Positions 26,403-41,180 of a DNA stretch of 64,000 nucleotides are shown in pieces; position 1 is the stretch's first letter; each line of letters starts with the position of its first letter. Origin of the DNA: Eledone cirrhosa (lineage: Eukaryota); the NCBI GenBank assembly GCA_964016885.1, contig OZ024740.1:276086001-276150000 (forward strand), written 5' to 3'. A program made the position numbers and the translations under genes. The notes beneath the pieces are model-generated. The model was not told the DNA's origin. It saw only the letters and a program-made list of their open reading frames with translations, and did not search any database.

Positions 26403-27321
26403 ATATATGTATATTAATGCCATTTTTTTCCAATTTTTCTCTTTATTATATTTTATATTTCTGTATTTTATACACGAAATTGTTATTGTTACGTTACCAA
26501 TTATGTAATCATCAACATTATCATCATAATCCTCTTGTTCATCCTCACATGGTCGTTGTTGCCCTCACCACCACCACCACAGACATCATCATAATCATCA
26601 CCATATAATCATCATCATCATTGTCACTGTTATCATTGCCATCATTTTGAGCATCCTCACTGTTTGCAGAGTTGGCCATATCTACTGTGGTGAACAATGA
26701 AAGATACTAAGGGAATACACTTTCTGACGTTCTTCTAGTAAACAGATATATAAGTGTAACAACACTAGAATGAGATCCTGAGGAGAATAACAGAAAATAT
26801 GTAATGATTTCTTAGCCGATGTAGGTGTTTGACAGCCAAAGTCTTAGTTTCTATTTCATGTTATAATTCTATAAAAATATGGTTGCTATGTGGTGTGGGT
26901 GAGTGTTTATATAAATGTTTATACATATATACGAGTATATAAGCAAATATATATTTCCCTCAAACAAATATGTCACACACAGATACATACATCTTACTAC
27001 CAACCCACTTAAGACTACCACCTGTCATTCTGATATAAATTTATCATCATCATCGTACATAAGTGAGATGCAGAGACCCTGGCTTGTCTGGGACATCAAT
27101 AACCCCACTTCAACCCTTGCTAGCAAGGAAAACGGACATTAAATACTGATGATGATGCTGATATTTATCATTTAACATCTACTTTCCTAGTTAGGAAGAA
27201 TTGGATGCATCTACATAGACTAAATCAGTACTGAAGCGGGGTTACTAATCTCCTGGAATGGCTGAGGTGTCTGCATCTCACTTATGTATGGTTTTATGTT
27301 CTAAAATATACTCATATTTAA

Positions 27322-27542
27322 CCCTTTAGCATTTACATTACTTTATATTTACTATTATATTATCACCGAAAAGGCTTTACCTCACATAATTATCTCACAT
27401 AATATCAAATCTATGAGATTTTGATATTATTTATTTTGAGAACATTACCTTAACGTCAGTGTAAGTACTCAGTTATGGCCAGTTTGAACAGAAAGAGGTG
27501 AGAGAATTCTGGCCGGATATGGCCAGTTTAAATGCTAAAGCG
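27322..27542 (+). mobile_element. piggyBac-type MITE
   Basis: TTAA-ccctttagcattt .. aaatgctaaagcg-TTAA. Confidence 0.85.
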
Positions 27543-27739
27543 TTAAATTAAAAACTTCCATTATAAATTTATGTAAGAACAGTTTTATTAGCTTATGTTA
27601 GATATAAATATAAGTTGACCCCACTATTTTATGTCTAAGAAATGAGCAAAAATCTAAACCTTAATGTAGAATTTGAAGTTGGTGAAAATCATCAAAATAT
27701 TTTTGGTCACATATTCCTTAGCTTTTATTTGAGTATATA

Positions 27740-27895
27740 CATGGGTGGAGGTGGTGAGAGCTGACCTCAGATCGCTGAAACTGATGGAGGAGATGACAAA
27801 GGACCGTGACAGGTGGAGAGATGCTGTGCTGAATAGGACCCGTCCAACCCTTGCAAGCAGGGAAAAGCAGACGTAAAATGATGATGATGATGATA
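27740..27895 (+). mobile_element. RTE-type LINE extreme 3' end sharing its tail with S2 SINEs
   Basis: tgggtggaggtggtgagagctgac..gaccgtgacaggtggaga (W.EVVRAD..DRDRWR), then ccttgcaagcagggaaaagcagacgtaaaatga(tga)n. Confidence 0.75.
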
Positions 27896-29402
27896 CAGTG
27901 ATTATTGAAGAAGTTAATTATCTTACGAATTCCTTTGATTACTTTATAAATTAATTGAAATCCTTAGTAACATGTTTTAAGATATTTCAAGAGATGGTTA
28001 ACTCTTTTGTGATCATATTCATAATGAAATAAACTCTATTTTATTTAATTGCTAAGGAACTTGGAGGGATTTACCAAAATCCTTAGTTATTTCATTATTA
28101 AAATGGTGTTTGTAATATAGTTTTAAATATTTTTGTACAATATTATGTTGGAAGATTTTAATTCAAATATCATCATCGTCATCGTTTTTACGTCCCTTTT
28201 TCCACTCTTGCGTGGGTTGGATGGGTCTTTTTCAGCACAGCATCTCTCCACTTGCTGCATCCTTCATAATCTCCTCTGTAAATCTCAGTGAAGGAGTTAA
28301 TTTGGTTGACTTCTCCTTTTGTTCAAATTGCTGCCCTTGTGCCAAAAGTAGAAACAGGTATTGGTTAAACTCTGTGTGTCTATTTAAATATATATCTACA
28401 CTTAACTCTTTTGGTACCAACAAACCTGAAATTGCCTCTAGTTATATGAAGAAACTCATTTGGTTTAAAGAGTTCATATTTAATTTAAACTTTCCATTAT
28501 AAATTTTTGTAAGAATTTTTTAAAATTTATGTTTTAAACACTAACTTAATAATAAGAAAGTTAGTTAAAATGATTAAATTCTAGTAAATATTTTAATATT
28601 CTAAAAACTAATTGAAAGTATTCTATTGTAAATATTATTGAAATGGTTAAATATGACTTGCCAACAGATAAATTATTTTTTAAGGTAGTAGATTGACGAT
28701 TTGTTGTAGTGTAAGATAAATACTTGCTGGCATTTAGTTTTGGCCCTTTACATTCTGAGTTCATAACCTGCTAAAGTCAGCTTTGCTTTTTATCCTCTCT
28801 GAGTCGATGAAATAAAGTACTAATTAATCATCATCATTGTTTAACATCCATTTTCCATACTAACATGGGTTATTGCATTACTATAATCAACTTTCCCCTT
28901 CTCCCCAAATTGTTGGCCTTGTGCCAAAATCAGAAACCATTATTATATTCATACTTTCAGTGTATAGACAACAGGCAGATTTTAATGTCAAATTTTTTTT
29001 GGGGGGGGGTTAAAATATTTGTTTCATACACTTAAAAAAAAAAATCAATAATTTAGTTCTGGAAATATTGAGTTCAGAAATGAAAGAACTTTGGATGATA
29101 ACATAAAAAATACTGCTTTGATGACCCACTAAATTCATGTTATATAACATTAATTCCTAATATCCTGTAATGATTTATTAGAAAATATTTAAAACAGGTT
29201 TGTTAATTCAAGTATTTTATATGATAGGAATGTCTTGCTACAAACCTTCCAGCACTTGGGGAATTTGGGGGCTTAAGCTGCTTCAATAATTTGTTTCAAA
29301 GTACTTGTGCTTTGATTTTCTATTAACTTTAAATATGTTAGTATGATCATGTTTTAAATTTTTTTCTTAGTCTCGTATTAGTGATAAAAATGTGTGAGCT
29401 AA

Positions 29403-29582
29403 TAATTGTTTCTACTTTTGGCACAAGACCAGCAATTATCCCAGTTCATTACTGGTACTTTATTTTATCGACTCCGTAAGGGTGAAAGGCAAAGTTAACC
29501 TCGGCAAGATTTGAACTCAGGCCGTAAAGGTACGTAACTCTATGCTGTAAAGCATGGCATCTGATCCTCTACTGTTACTGCC
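29403..29582 (-). mobile_element. S1 SINE inserted in a dispersed repeat
   Basis: Reverse complement of S1; TSD tgtgYgagctaataat; empty-site homologue at ~5905-6090. Confidence 0.82.
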
Positions 29583-29699
29583 TGTGCGAGCTAATAATAA
29601 TAATACACATGTACAGTGTATACTCTTAAGCCCCTCCAATCCTAAAACTGTAATGGAACCTCTGTGCTAATGCTGTTTCATGTGGTACAGGATATTTAA

Positions 29700-29891
29700 C
29701 CCTTTAGCATTTAAACCAGCCATATCCAGCCAGAATTCTCTCGCCTCTTTCTGTTCAAACCAGCTGCTCATACTGATGTTTAGGTATTGTTCTCAAAATA
29801 GATAATATCAAAATCTAATCAATTCAAGTGAGGTAAAGCCTTTACTGTGAAAATATAATAGTAAATATAGAGTAATGTGAATGTTAAAGAG
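29700..29891 (-). mobile_element. piggyBac-type MITE
   Basis: TTAA-flanked; reverse orientation of the 33.8-kb copy. Confidence 0.8.
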
Positions 29892-30289
29892 TTAAGTCAT
29901 AAAATAGTGGTAGCAATAACAAAAGAAACCAATGTACATAGGTTGTGTGGAAGCTGCAAGTTTTTATATACAGATACTCATAAGTAGAATACTACTAAGT
30001 GTGTCTATATAAGTTTAAAACCCAACAACACAGAAACCTCTAACTTTCTCTAAACCACTCACAAGAATTTCCTTTTCTTCAGAAAATTTTATTTATCAGT
30101 AAATATTTGTTATTGTGTTTTATGTTCTTACTGTTGTTTTTTGTAATGTAAGGTGTTTTTCTTTTCTATTTTTTTTTCTTTTTCTTTCTTTGGTAATTCT
30201 AGAAACAAAAACAAACTGGTTCATTTCCCTTTAACTGATATTAGCTTTGATTAAGTACAGTTTAGAGAATTTGTATGTATTTATATATG

Positions 30290-30461
<172 letters not shown>

Positions 30462-30656
30462 TGTGTGTGTATGTTTATATATGCACCTATATATGTATGT
30501 ATATGTGTATGTATGTATATATATATATGTATGTGTGTGTATGTGTATATATGCACCTATATATGTATGTATATGTGTATGTATGTATATATATATCTGT
30601 ATGTGTGTGATGTATATATATATGTGCCTATATATGTGTATATATATATGTATAGG

Positions 30657-30693
<37 letters not shown>

Positions 30694-32478
30694 TCTAACG
30701 TCCATTATCCTTGCTATGTATGTATATATATGTGTGTGTATAAACATACACATACACGTATATACAGGGAGAAGGAAATGAATAAGCAAAAGAGAAAGAG
30801 GGATGTTTTATAAATAAAGGGGGATAAAAGAGGGCAAAAAAAGGATGGATAAACAATAGTAAAGAAATACATACAATAAAATTTGTTGGAATTTGAATTA
30901 AGACATGCTCACACATACACAAACACACACACACACACACATATTTACACATACATACATACACACACATACATACACAGTCACAATCATACACATACAT
31001 ACAAACACACACATACTCACAAAAACACATACACTCACACACAAACACATAGACCTACACACACACACACACACACACTCACTCACACATACACACAAAC
31101 ACACACATATGCACACACACACACACACATACATACAAACACATACACACTCACACACACAAACATACATACATGCATACACACATACTCACATACACAC
31201 ACACACTCACACATACACACACATACACACACATACACACATACATACACACACATGTAAAAATATATATATGTTTACAATCAAAACTTTCCAATGTATG
31301 TTAAGTTAAAAGGAAGAGTATACGTAAACAGACAAATAAATAAGATGTATGTCAGAATATAATTGCTTACCTTTAGGATGGCCATCAATTGATGAAAGTG
31401 TTTCCTTCTGGCACCATCTTCTATGACTTAGTTTATTTGATCAAGGTTTTTTTCAGGGAAAGGGGTTCTTTTTTTTTACTGTAATTATCATTATTATCTC
31501 CCTTGTGTTTTGTAATTCTTTTTTATTTATCAACCTTCCCCCCGCTGCCCATCCTTGATTTCTATCTAACCTCCACCATGTTATGTTGTATAACCTGTCT
31601 TTGTAATGTCCCCCTTCATCTGATGCCCCCTGTAGATATAAAAGAAATCATCATCATCATCATCATCATTATTAGTAGTAGTAGTAGTACTAGTAATGTT
31701 TTCATTGTCATTACCACCTCTACCACTATTAATACTACTACTGCTGTTGTTATTGCCATTATTATTTTTGATTTCTATTATTATTATTATTGTTGTTTTT
31801 TTTTTACTTTTAGTTTTGTTTACTCTCTTTGATTAGGGTGTTGCTTTTTTTTTTGTATTTTGATTTTTTTTTTCATATCTAAATTTCAAAGCAGCAAAAT
31901 AGGACAAGTGGTAAAAGGAACAAAACAGTGATAATAGAAAAAAAGATAATATATGTGTGTTTTTGTGTGTGTGTGTGTGTGTGTTTGTGTGTGTAGCACT
32001 TGCACACACAAAAACATACAAAGTAAAGAATTACATTTGAAGAAAAATAAATTTTAACAATTTGAAACAAAATAGAAAATTTAAAAAAGATAAGAATATG
32101 TCGGATTCTTAGAACAAAAAAAAAAAAAAGTATAAATGAAAAAAAAATTAAAAAATTTGTAAAACAAATTAACTGCGTCATTATAATCCTTATTAGCACC
32201 ACAAACTGAACTCAGTCAATACAAGTTTAACACCATTGTCGCCACCTTACACATTTTTTTGTTACCATTTAATTAAATTTCTCTTTAGTAAATATTCGAA
32301 AATTCCTGCTAATACATTTGTTTCACTAACATATATCTGCCAGTGTTTAATCTCACTCACTAGTTCTCTCTCTCTTTCTCTCTCTCAGGCTCTTTCTCTC
32401 TCTCTGTATATTATATATTTAAAAAAAAAAGTTTAAGTCTGTCCCAAGCCCATTAGGCTAGAATTTACCTTGGTTTAA

Positions 32479-32699
32479 CCCTTTAGCATTTACATTATTC
32501 TATATAAACTATTGTATTTTCATGGTAAAGGCTTTATCTTACACAATTATCTCACATAATATCGAATCTATGAGATTTTAATGTTATTTATTTTGAGAAC
32601 AATACCTTAACATCAGTATGAATGGCCAATTACAACTAGTTTGAACAGAAAGAGGTGTGAGAATTATGGCTAGATGCAGCCGGTTTAAATGCCAAAGAG
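32479..32699 (+). mobile_element. piggyBac-type MITE
   Basis: TTAA-ccctttagcattt .. aaatgccaaagag-TTAA. Confidence 0.82.
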
Positions 32700-32935
32700 T
32701 TAATTAGTGTTAAGCATTTAAGAGTACAAGCTACCCCCATCAACTGGACGCCAGTCCATCACAGGGTTAAACCCCAGCCGCTGCTGGTACTCATCTTCAG
32801 CTGAGTTTCAAGAAGCAATGTTAAATGGTTCAGCACACTAATCACGTACATTCATTTTCTTACAACATATCTACAATGTTTCAGCAAAGTGTGAGTTTGC
32901 TAAGCTTTTTCAAAGAGCAATGAGTTGTTATTGGT

Positions 32936-33010
<75 letters not shown>

Positions 33011-33821
33011 AGGATGGGTTGAGAATAGAATGAGAGAATGTTAAAAATTAAGAATGGTATAGAGATAGTTGTGGTCAGTTAAGATCATAGAAATTTTATA
33101 TGGTCAGTTGAGATAGTAGCAATCTTATAAGTACCTGTTTAGCAGTATTTATGTAGTTAAAATAGACTAGATAATAAATAGATATTACAAAGGATTTTTG
33201 AGTAAAGCATAATTGAAAGATACAATATATGGAGGTTATTAAAATACAAAAGACAGGGAAGAAAATTTAAAGAATATTTAACAGAAAGGATAATGAAGCT
33301 GAACTGGGTGATGTGTTGTGTTATTGAGCAAGACACTTTATTTCATGTTGCCCCTTCTACCAGTAGCTGCAACCAGTAGATAGTAACAGCAATTGAAAGG
33401 ACCAATGGAAACATTGCTTCCTTAGTACGATCTGACAAGTCCCACCCTACTCGGAAAGTGAATGAAGTCTGAGGTCTTGTCATTCATTAAAAGAAGGAAG
33501 GGTGGTGGAGTAATATTTAGAGTTGATATTGAGTAATTTGTTTATTTTAGTAGTGGCAAGAAACTGGTGTGAAGGGATAGGGTGCTTGACTGGTGTAGTG
33601 ATATTTTTATAGTGGTAAATGGTGTGAAGGGGTAGTGCTATTTTCATAGTGGTAAATGTTTGTGATTGTAGAGATATTTTTGTAGTGACAAATGTTTGTG
33701 ATATTAGTATGTGGGTTTGTAGGCTGTTTACAGGTAAGTGCAGTGAAAAAGGTGAAGAAACTGATTACATGTGCACAGGTCACCAGGACTCTTTCTGGGA
33801 TCTATAAACTGATGATATTAA

Positions 33822-34042
33822 CCCTTTAGCATTCATATTACTCTATATTAACTATTATATTTTCGCAGTAAAGGCTTTATCTCACATAATTATTTCACAT
33901 AATATTGAATCTATGAGATTTTGATGCTATTCATTTTGAGAACAATACCTTAACATCAGTATGAGGGGCTGGTTACAGCCGGTTTGAACAGAAAGAGGTG
34001 AGAGAATTCTGGCCGGATACAGTCGGTTTAAATGCTAAAGGG
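33822..34042 (+). mobile_element. piggyBac-type MITE
   Basis: TTAA-ccctttagcatt .. aatgctaaaggg-TTAA, perfect 12-bp TIR. Confidence 0.9.
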
Positions 34043-34122
34043 TTAATGTGTTTTTTCAATTCAATAGACTACATGTTACTGCTACAAATTCCTAATTATG
34101 TACCATTATAATCATTATCATG

Positions 34123-34402
34123 GAGGCTCACATCCTTGTGATAAAGATGTTGGACTTGCAATCATAATGTCATGGGTTTGATTCCTGGACGAGGTTATGT
34201 GCTGTGTTCTTGAGCAAAACACTTAATTTCATGTTGCACCAGTATACTTACCTTAAAATGAGTACCAGCAGTAGCTGGGGGGTTTAACCCTGTGAAAGAC
34301 TGGTGTCAGGTAAGGGGGAGTCATGTACTTTCAATTGCTTTATACTTTGGAAACCAGGATAAGCACCAGTCTGATGAGACTTCAGACTCAAGATAGACTT
34401 TA
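34123..34402 (+). mobile_element. Old tRNA-derived SINE with CORE- and Nin/Deu-like segments
   Basis: gggtttgattcc B box, tcttgagcaaaacacttaa, aaatgagtaccag, aaccctgtgaaagactgg, gaaaccaggataagcacc. Confidence 0.6.
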
Positions 34403-34729
34403 GATAATCATTTCACCATTATTTTATGTCTGTTTTTTATGCTGGTATGGCTTGAATACATTGCTACAGTTTGAGAGTGTTCCTCAGATTTAACCTAACT
34501 CACATGTAAAATCAGCATAATAGAGTGTGTCAAAAATAGACATTCTTTAATTACAGGTACAATTCATTCAACAGGCTTCAACTACATAATTTAACTTACA
34601 TGCTTGGGTTAACTCTAGGCTATGATGAAAGATATTCAAAATGTGGAACAGTGGTCTCGAACCTCCAACCTCATGACTTCAAAACAAATAACTTAACCAC
34701 TTAGCTCTGCCTGTGTCCACTTTCTAGAT

Positions 34730-34921
34730 ATAATTGTTTCTACTTTTGGCAGAAGGCCAGCAATTATCCCACTTCATTACTGGTACTTTACTTTATCAAC
34801 CCAGTAAAGATGAAAGGCAAAGTTAACCTCAGCAGGATTTGAACTCAGACTGCAAAGGGCTGTAACTCTATTATGCAAAGCATGGCATCCGACCCTCTAC
34901 CGATACTGCCAATCCACCGCC
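34730..34921 (-). mobile_element. S1 SINE
   Basis: Reverse complement of S1; TSD ctagatataattg. Confidence 0.88.
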
Positions 34922-35571
34922 CTAGATATAATTGCCATTGAAAATGTGAGGCAGTGGTATTGAACCTTCAGCACCATGGCTCCAAAGTGAGCAACTTAAC
35001 TACGTAGGTACGCCTGTGCCCACTTTATAGATATAATTACAAGTCAAAGTACTAGGGTCAATAAAACCAACTACACATCCTAAATATTTGGAGACATTTT
35101 GTCTATGTCAAAATTCCTTATCTGTATTACGTTTACATTTTGCGGTTTTAACATTAAAACAAGTTTTTCTTTAGTTGTATTGTATTTTTTTCAACTTTGG
35201 AGCGAATAATAACTAACTGCACAACTAATTTGTGCATTTATCTGCATGTGTTATGTTCTGAAAACACAAATGTGATTGTAAACTGTGAACTCTACTTTGT
35301 TTGTCAACACAATAGAAGGAGGAGTGTAGTAGCTGTGGTGGTAATGCAGCTATTGACATATGAGTCAAAGGTGGATCTTTATAAACAAGTTTGAGCTCAA
35401 GTTGTATGTTTAAAAAGCTAACATCACAATCCAATGGTACTGGGTGCAATCCCATTATATACTATGTTGTGCAACTGCTTTCTACCATAGTCACAGGTTA
35501 ATGACTGTATTGTGAAAGGAATTTGGTAGTCAAAATGTCTTTCTATTTATCTCTTTCACTTTCCATATATC

Positions 35572-35687
<116 letters not shown>

Positions 35688-35714
35688 TGGAGAAAATCTG
35701 CTTTGTAGAATCAA

Positions 35715-35810
35715 GACGTATCTGAGGACCTTGCGATTTTCAGAGTCAGGTTCGATCATCACATCGATCGTGCCTCGAGCTGGTTGCCAGAGAAACGATT
35801 GTAATATGTC
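35715..35810 (+). ncRNA. Type I hammerhead ribozyme, family E (63-nt extended stem II)
   Basis: gacgtat/atatgtc stem I; ctgagga 35722-35728; long imperfect hairpin 35729-35791; gaaa 35792-35795; cgattg; ta 35802-35803; aataaa 35812-35817; (TA)n-flanked element 35688-35857. Confidence 0.72.
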
Positions 35811-35856
35811 CAATAAATTCCATTCGTCGCAACACTGATTTTCTTTTTCTTTTGTG

Positions 35857-35888
<32 letters not shown>

Positions 35889-35907
35889 ATATATATATAT
35901 ATATATC

Positions 35908-36087
35908 TGGATGGATTCAGCTTGAAACTGGTTTGACTATTATTCACCAGAGTACTTGTTACTTGGGGTAGTAGATCATGGTTATATTATAAAGAGACAG
36001 GACCCCGCCAGCTGAGCTTTTGCTGTTTCAACAGGTAGTTCCAACTAGAATTAGCTGTTGAAATGGCAAGAGCCCAAACTCCAGGTC

Positions 36088-36127
<40 letters not shown>

Positions 36128-36299
36128 CAAAGGAAGTGTGGTAAGGCACTAGGTGGACCATAACACACCAGAGTACTCGATACTTTGGGTAGTAGAGTGC
36201 ATAATAGGAAAAGAGTCAAGACCCCGACGGCTATTTCTGGACTAAGTCCAGAAATAGTCGTCAAAACTTCTCTGCCGTCAGGGTGTTGACTCTTTTCCT
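35908..36299 (-). mobile_element. Two adjacent family D/D-like fold-back elements (35908-36089, 36126-36299)
   Basis: Shared accagagtact..acttKgggtagtaga tail; hairpins caggacc..ggtcctg and taggaaaagagtcaa..ttgactcttttccta; separated by (TA)n. Confidence 0.7.
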
Positions 36300-36772
36300 A
36301 TATATATATTATATATATATATAGGTATATATTATTCAAAACAATCCCATTTTCTTAATTCCTTTCCTCCTTACCCACTCTAGCCTGCTCTTAATCTCTA
36401 CCTTATCTTTATCTGTCCCTCTCCTTATACCTTCTCTACCCCCATACATGGTAACCATCAAAACCTTGGTCAAAGAATAATTGTTCCACATCATAGCACA
36501 CAGATTGATAGTGTGAAACTCTTTACTCCCACTCCCTCCTCTTTCTACTATAACACTAACTGACCGTATTTCTTACTATTTTTAACTTATTTACATTTTC
36601 TTAAAGGAAAATCTCATTACTGAATTTTACCTTGTAGTGAACAGTTGAATTCCACTACTATAGGATTTCTGATGAAGTGTAATAAATAATTAAGTATTGC
36701 ACATATGTCAAGGCAAATAAATTCATAATCTTTTCACACCAACGTTTTATTTTTCTTGCTGCAATAGTTGCT

Positions 36773-36884
<112 letters not shown>

Positions 36885-37193
36885 TAGATAGTTAGATAGA
36901 TATTTATGCATATCCACATACGTGTGTGCTTAGCTAGGATGATTTTCGCAGCTGCACTCTGTTTCTTCCTCTAGCAGATTTTATGAACGAGTGTGAGAAA
37001 GATAGAGAGGTGGGGGGGGGGGGGGCGGGTAGATTGAAAGTGTGCAGGAGTTAGAGAAGATGCTGACTTAAGGAAACATGTGTAATAGTAGTGGTGATGG
37101 TGGTGGTGGTGGAAGATATAGTGGAGCTAAAAAAAGAGAATGAAGAAAAGAAAAAACACACTCACATACATACACACACACACACATATATAA

Positions 37194-37256
<63 letters not shown>

Positions 37257-38289
37257 GGATAATCTACATAGATACTTTCATTCTGGTTTGTCTTTTAAAG
37301 CTTTACAGCTGAACTTTAAGTCTCTCTCTCTCCTCTCTCCTTCTTTCTCTGTCTTCTCTCTCCTTTCTTTATCACTCTCTCTTTCTTTCTGTTACTCCTT
37401 TTCTCTCTCTCCGTCTCTCTTTCCCTGTCTCTCTCCCTCCCTCTCTTCCAATCATCATCATTGCTCACACCACCACCCTCACTACTACTACTACTACTAC
37501 TACTCTGAAATATCTGTTCACTTTCATCTCTTGCTTCATTTTAGAATTTAATACTTAACAAAACTACTTCACCACACCATCATGACACCATGACACCACC
37601 ATCACAACACCACTACATCACCACAACAACGAACCACAGACCCCAACACCTGTACATCATTGTGCGACTACATGATCCCCCATACCACAGCAACATTACC
37701 ACATAGCCACCACATTACCATCAAAACCACCACCACCACCACCACGAAACCCATACAGACCACACCACTACATCTCCACACCCTCACAGTACCACCAGCA
37801 CTTTACCACCATACCACAGCAACATTACCACATTACCATCAAAACTACTACCACCACCACAAAACACCTACTGCACCATATTACTACACCACCAGACCAC
37901 CACATTACCACAGGACCACATCATTATCTCACTACAAATGAAATGACCCTCCCCACTCCAAAACAAAAAGATTCCTTGCCCTCATCTCCAACCCTTCTTC
38001 CTACCCTAATTTCTTTTTAACTCTCTGCAAGTATGAGATAAAAAATTACATCACTAACACCAGAACTACTACAACCATACCAATAACAACACTACTATGG
38101 ATAACATCCTAGAAATAGAAGACAAATCACCCTCAAATGGCAACTTAGAGAGAAACAACACTTTAGGCCATGTAATACAAGATACTCATAAAAAGACAGG
38201 ATGGATAAAACAGGAATGTCTTTGATCATAAGTCTGCTCAATTAGGGTTGACCTAGGGCTAAACAACAACAATAAAACTGCTATCACTT

Positions 38290-39815
38290 ACACCACTATT
38301 ACCACTAACACAACAACCACCTACACTACCACTAACACAACAACCACCTACACTACCACTAACACAACAACCACCTACACTACCACCAACACAACAACCA
38401 CCTACACTACCACCAACACAACAACCACCTACACTACCACCAACACAACAACCACCTACACTACCACTAACACAACCACCTACACTACCACCAACACAAC
38501 AACCACCTACACTACCACTAACACAACAACCACCTACACTACCACCAACACAACAACCACCTACACTACCACTAACACAACAACCACCTACACTACCACT
38601 AACACAACAACCACCTACACTACCACTAACACAACAACCACCTACACTACCACTAACACAACAACCACCTACACTACCACTAACACAACAACCACCTACA
38701 CTACCACTAACACAACAACCACCTACACTACCACTAACACAACAACCACCTACACTACCACTAACACAACAACCACCTACACTACCACTAACACAACCAC
38801 CTACACTACCACTAACACAACAACCACCTACACTACCACCAACACAACAACCACCTACACTACCACTAACACAACAACCACCTACACTACCACTAACACA
38901 ACAACCACCTACACTACCACTAACACAACAACCACCTACACTACCACTAACACAACAACCACCTACACTACCACTAACACAACAACCACCTACACTACCA
39001 CTAACACAACAACCACCTACACTACCACCAACACAACAACCACCTACACTACCACTAACACAACAACCACCTACACTACCACTAACACAACAACCACCTA
39101 CACTACCACTAACACAACAACCACCTACACTACCACCAACACAACAACCACCTACACTACCACTAACACAACAACCACCTACACTACCACTAACACAACA
39201 ACCACCTACACTACCACTAACACAACCACCACCTACACTACCACCAACACAACAACCACCTACACTACCTCTAACACAACAACCACCTACACTACCACTA
39301 ACACAACAACCACCTACACTACCACTAACACAACAACCACCTACACTACCACTAACACAACAACCACCTACACTACCACTAACACAACAACCACCTACAC
39401 TACCACTAACACAACAACCACCTACACTACCACTAACACAACAACCACCTACACTACCACTAACACAACCACCTACACTACCACTAACACAACAACCACC
39501 TACACTACCACCAACACAACAACCACCTACACTACCACTAACACAACAACCACCTACACTACCACCAACACAACAACCACCTACACTACCACTAACACAA
39601 CAACCACCTACACTACCACTAACACAACCACCTACACTACCACTAACACAACAACCACCTACACTACCACTAACACAACAACCACCTACACTACCACTAA
39701 CACAACAACCACCTACACTACCACTAACACAACAACCACCTACACTACCACTAACACAACCACCTACACTACCACTAACACAACAATCACCTACACTACC
39801 ACTAACACAACCCCC
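38290..39815. repeat. 27-bp minisatellite
   Basis: cacctacactaccactaacacaacaac in tandem, with occasional 24-bp units. Confidence 0.95.
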
Positions 39816-39943
39816 CTACAACCACCACCATTAATGCTAACACAACTACAATCACATCAACACCACTATAACCACCATTACCACCATTACCACCACCACT
39901 AAAACAACTACCACAGAAACATTAACACAGCTATCACTTACAC

Positions 39944-40499
39944 CAGGCATGTCAAACATGGGGCCTGCGGGCCGCATGCAACCATTTACAAACACACCTG
40001 TGGCTCGCACAAAGGTTTTTACAGCACTAGCATGTTTTTTTCATTTTTTTTCATTTCATTTTACGCCTGCTTTTCCCTGTTTGCAAGGGTGGGACGGGAA
40101 CTGATTCTGGCTTGATTTCTACAGCTGGATGCCCTTCCTAACACCAACCTCATTAACTGTGAGTGCTGGATGCTTTTTTGCCGTGGCGCCTACACGTCCA
40201 CTTTGCAGTGGAATGATAGGGACCCCAGTCCCTATCATCTCATTTCTACAGCTGAGTAAACTGGAGCAATGTGAAATAAAGTGTCTTGCTCAAGGAAACA
40301 ACACTTCACTCGGTCTGAGAATTGAACTCACAACCTTTCGATTGCAAGCCCAATGCTCTAACCACTAAGCCATGTTTTATCTTATAAAATTTTTTAAAAT
40401 TAGTTGTAATGTGCACAAATAGTTGTCATGCGTGGCCCTCAGACAACACATATGTGTGATCTATGTGACCCTCGGGGGACCCTCAGTTTGATATGCCTG
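39944..40499. mobile_element. hAT (Charlie-like) MITE with nested S2 SINE (~40041-40375, minus)
   Basis: TIR caggcatgtcaaac / gtttgatatgcctg; exact 8-bp TSD acttacac (39936-39943, 40500-40507). Confidence 0.88.
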
Positions 40500-40871
40500 A
40501 CTTACACCACAGCTACCACAATCACAATCACAATCACAACATCAATGACACTACTGCTACCACTTACAATACTACAACCTCCACCACCATCTTTAACAAC
40601 AACACACAACAACAGTAACACTGCTATCACACCACTACAACCACCACTAACACAACAAATACCACAACAATCACAACAACATTAACACCACTATCACTTA
40701 CACCCCTTCAACCACCACTACAACTACAACAACCACTATCACAACATCATATATACTGTTACCACTTACAATACAACCACCACCACCACCACCACCACCA
40801 CCACCACCACCATATTCAACAACAACAATAGTAACACTGCTACCACCACACCACTACAGCCACCTTCAAAA

Positions 40872-40912
<41 letters not shown>

Positions 40913-41139
40913 ACTTTGCCTTTCATCCTTACGGGGGGTCGATAAAATAAAGTACCAGTAACGAACTGGGGTCAATTTAATCGACTTTCCCTTCCGCCCC
41001 AAATTCCTGGCCTTGTGCCTATATATGAAACAATTACTACGTTCATTACCACTGCCACCACCACCACCACCACCACTACCATCACAACATCAACAGCAAC
41101 AACTATACTGTTATCACCACCATCACACCATCACACCAC

Positions 41140-41180
<41 letters not shown>

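Noticed and set aside
26772-26812. gagatc-ctgagga..gaaaatatgtaatgatttc
   Set aside because: No stem II and the cleavage-site register does not fit
34371-34400. ctgatgag followed by a small hairpin
   Set aside because: Part of a SINE 3' domain; no GAAA or stem III
38290-39815. CRISPR-like regular array
   Set aside because: No unique spacers; plain tandem repeat in eukaryotic DNA
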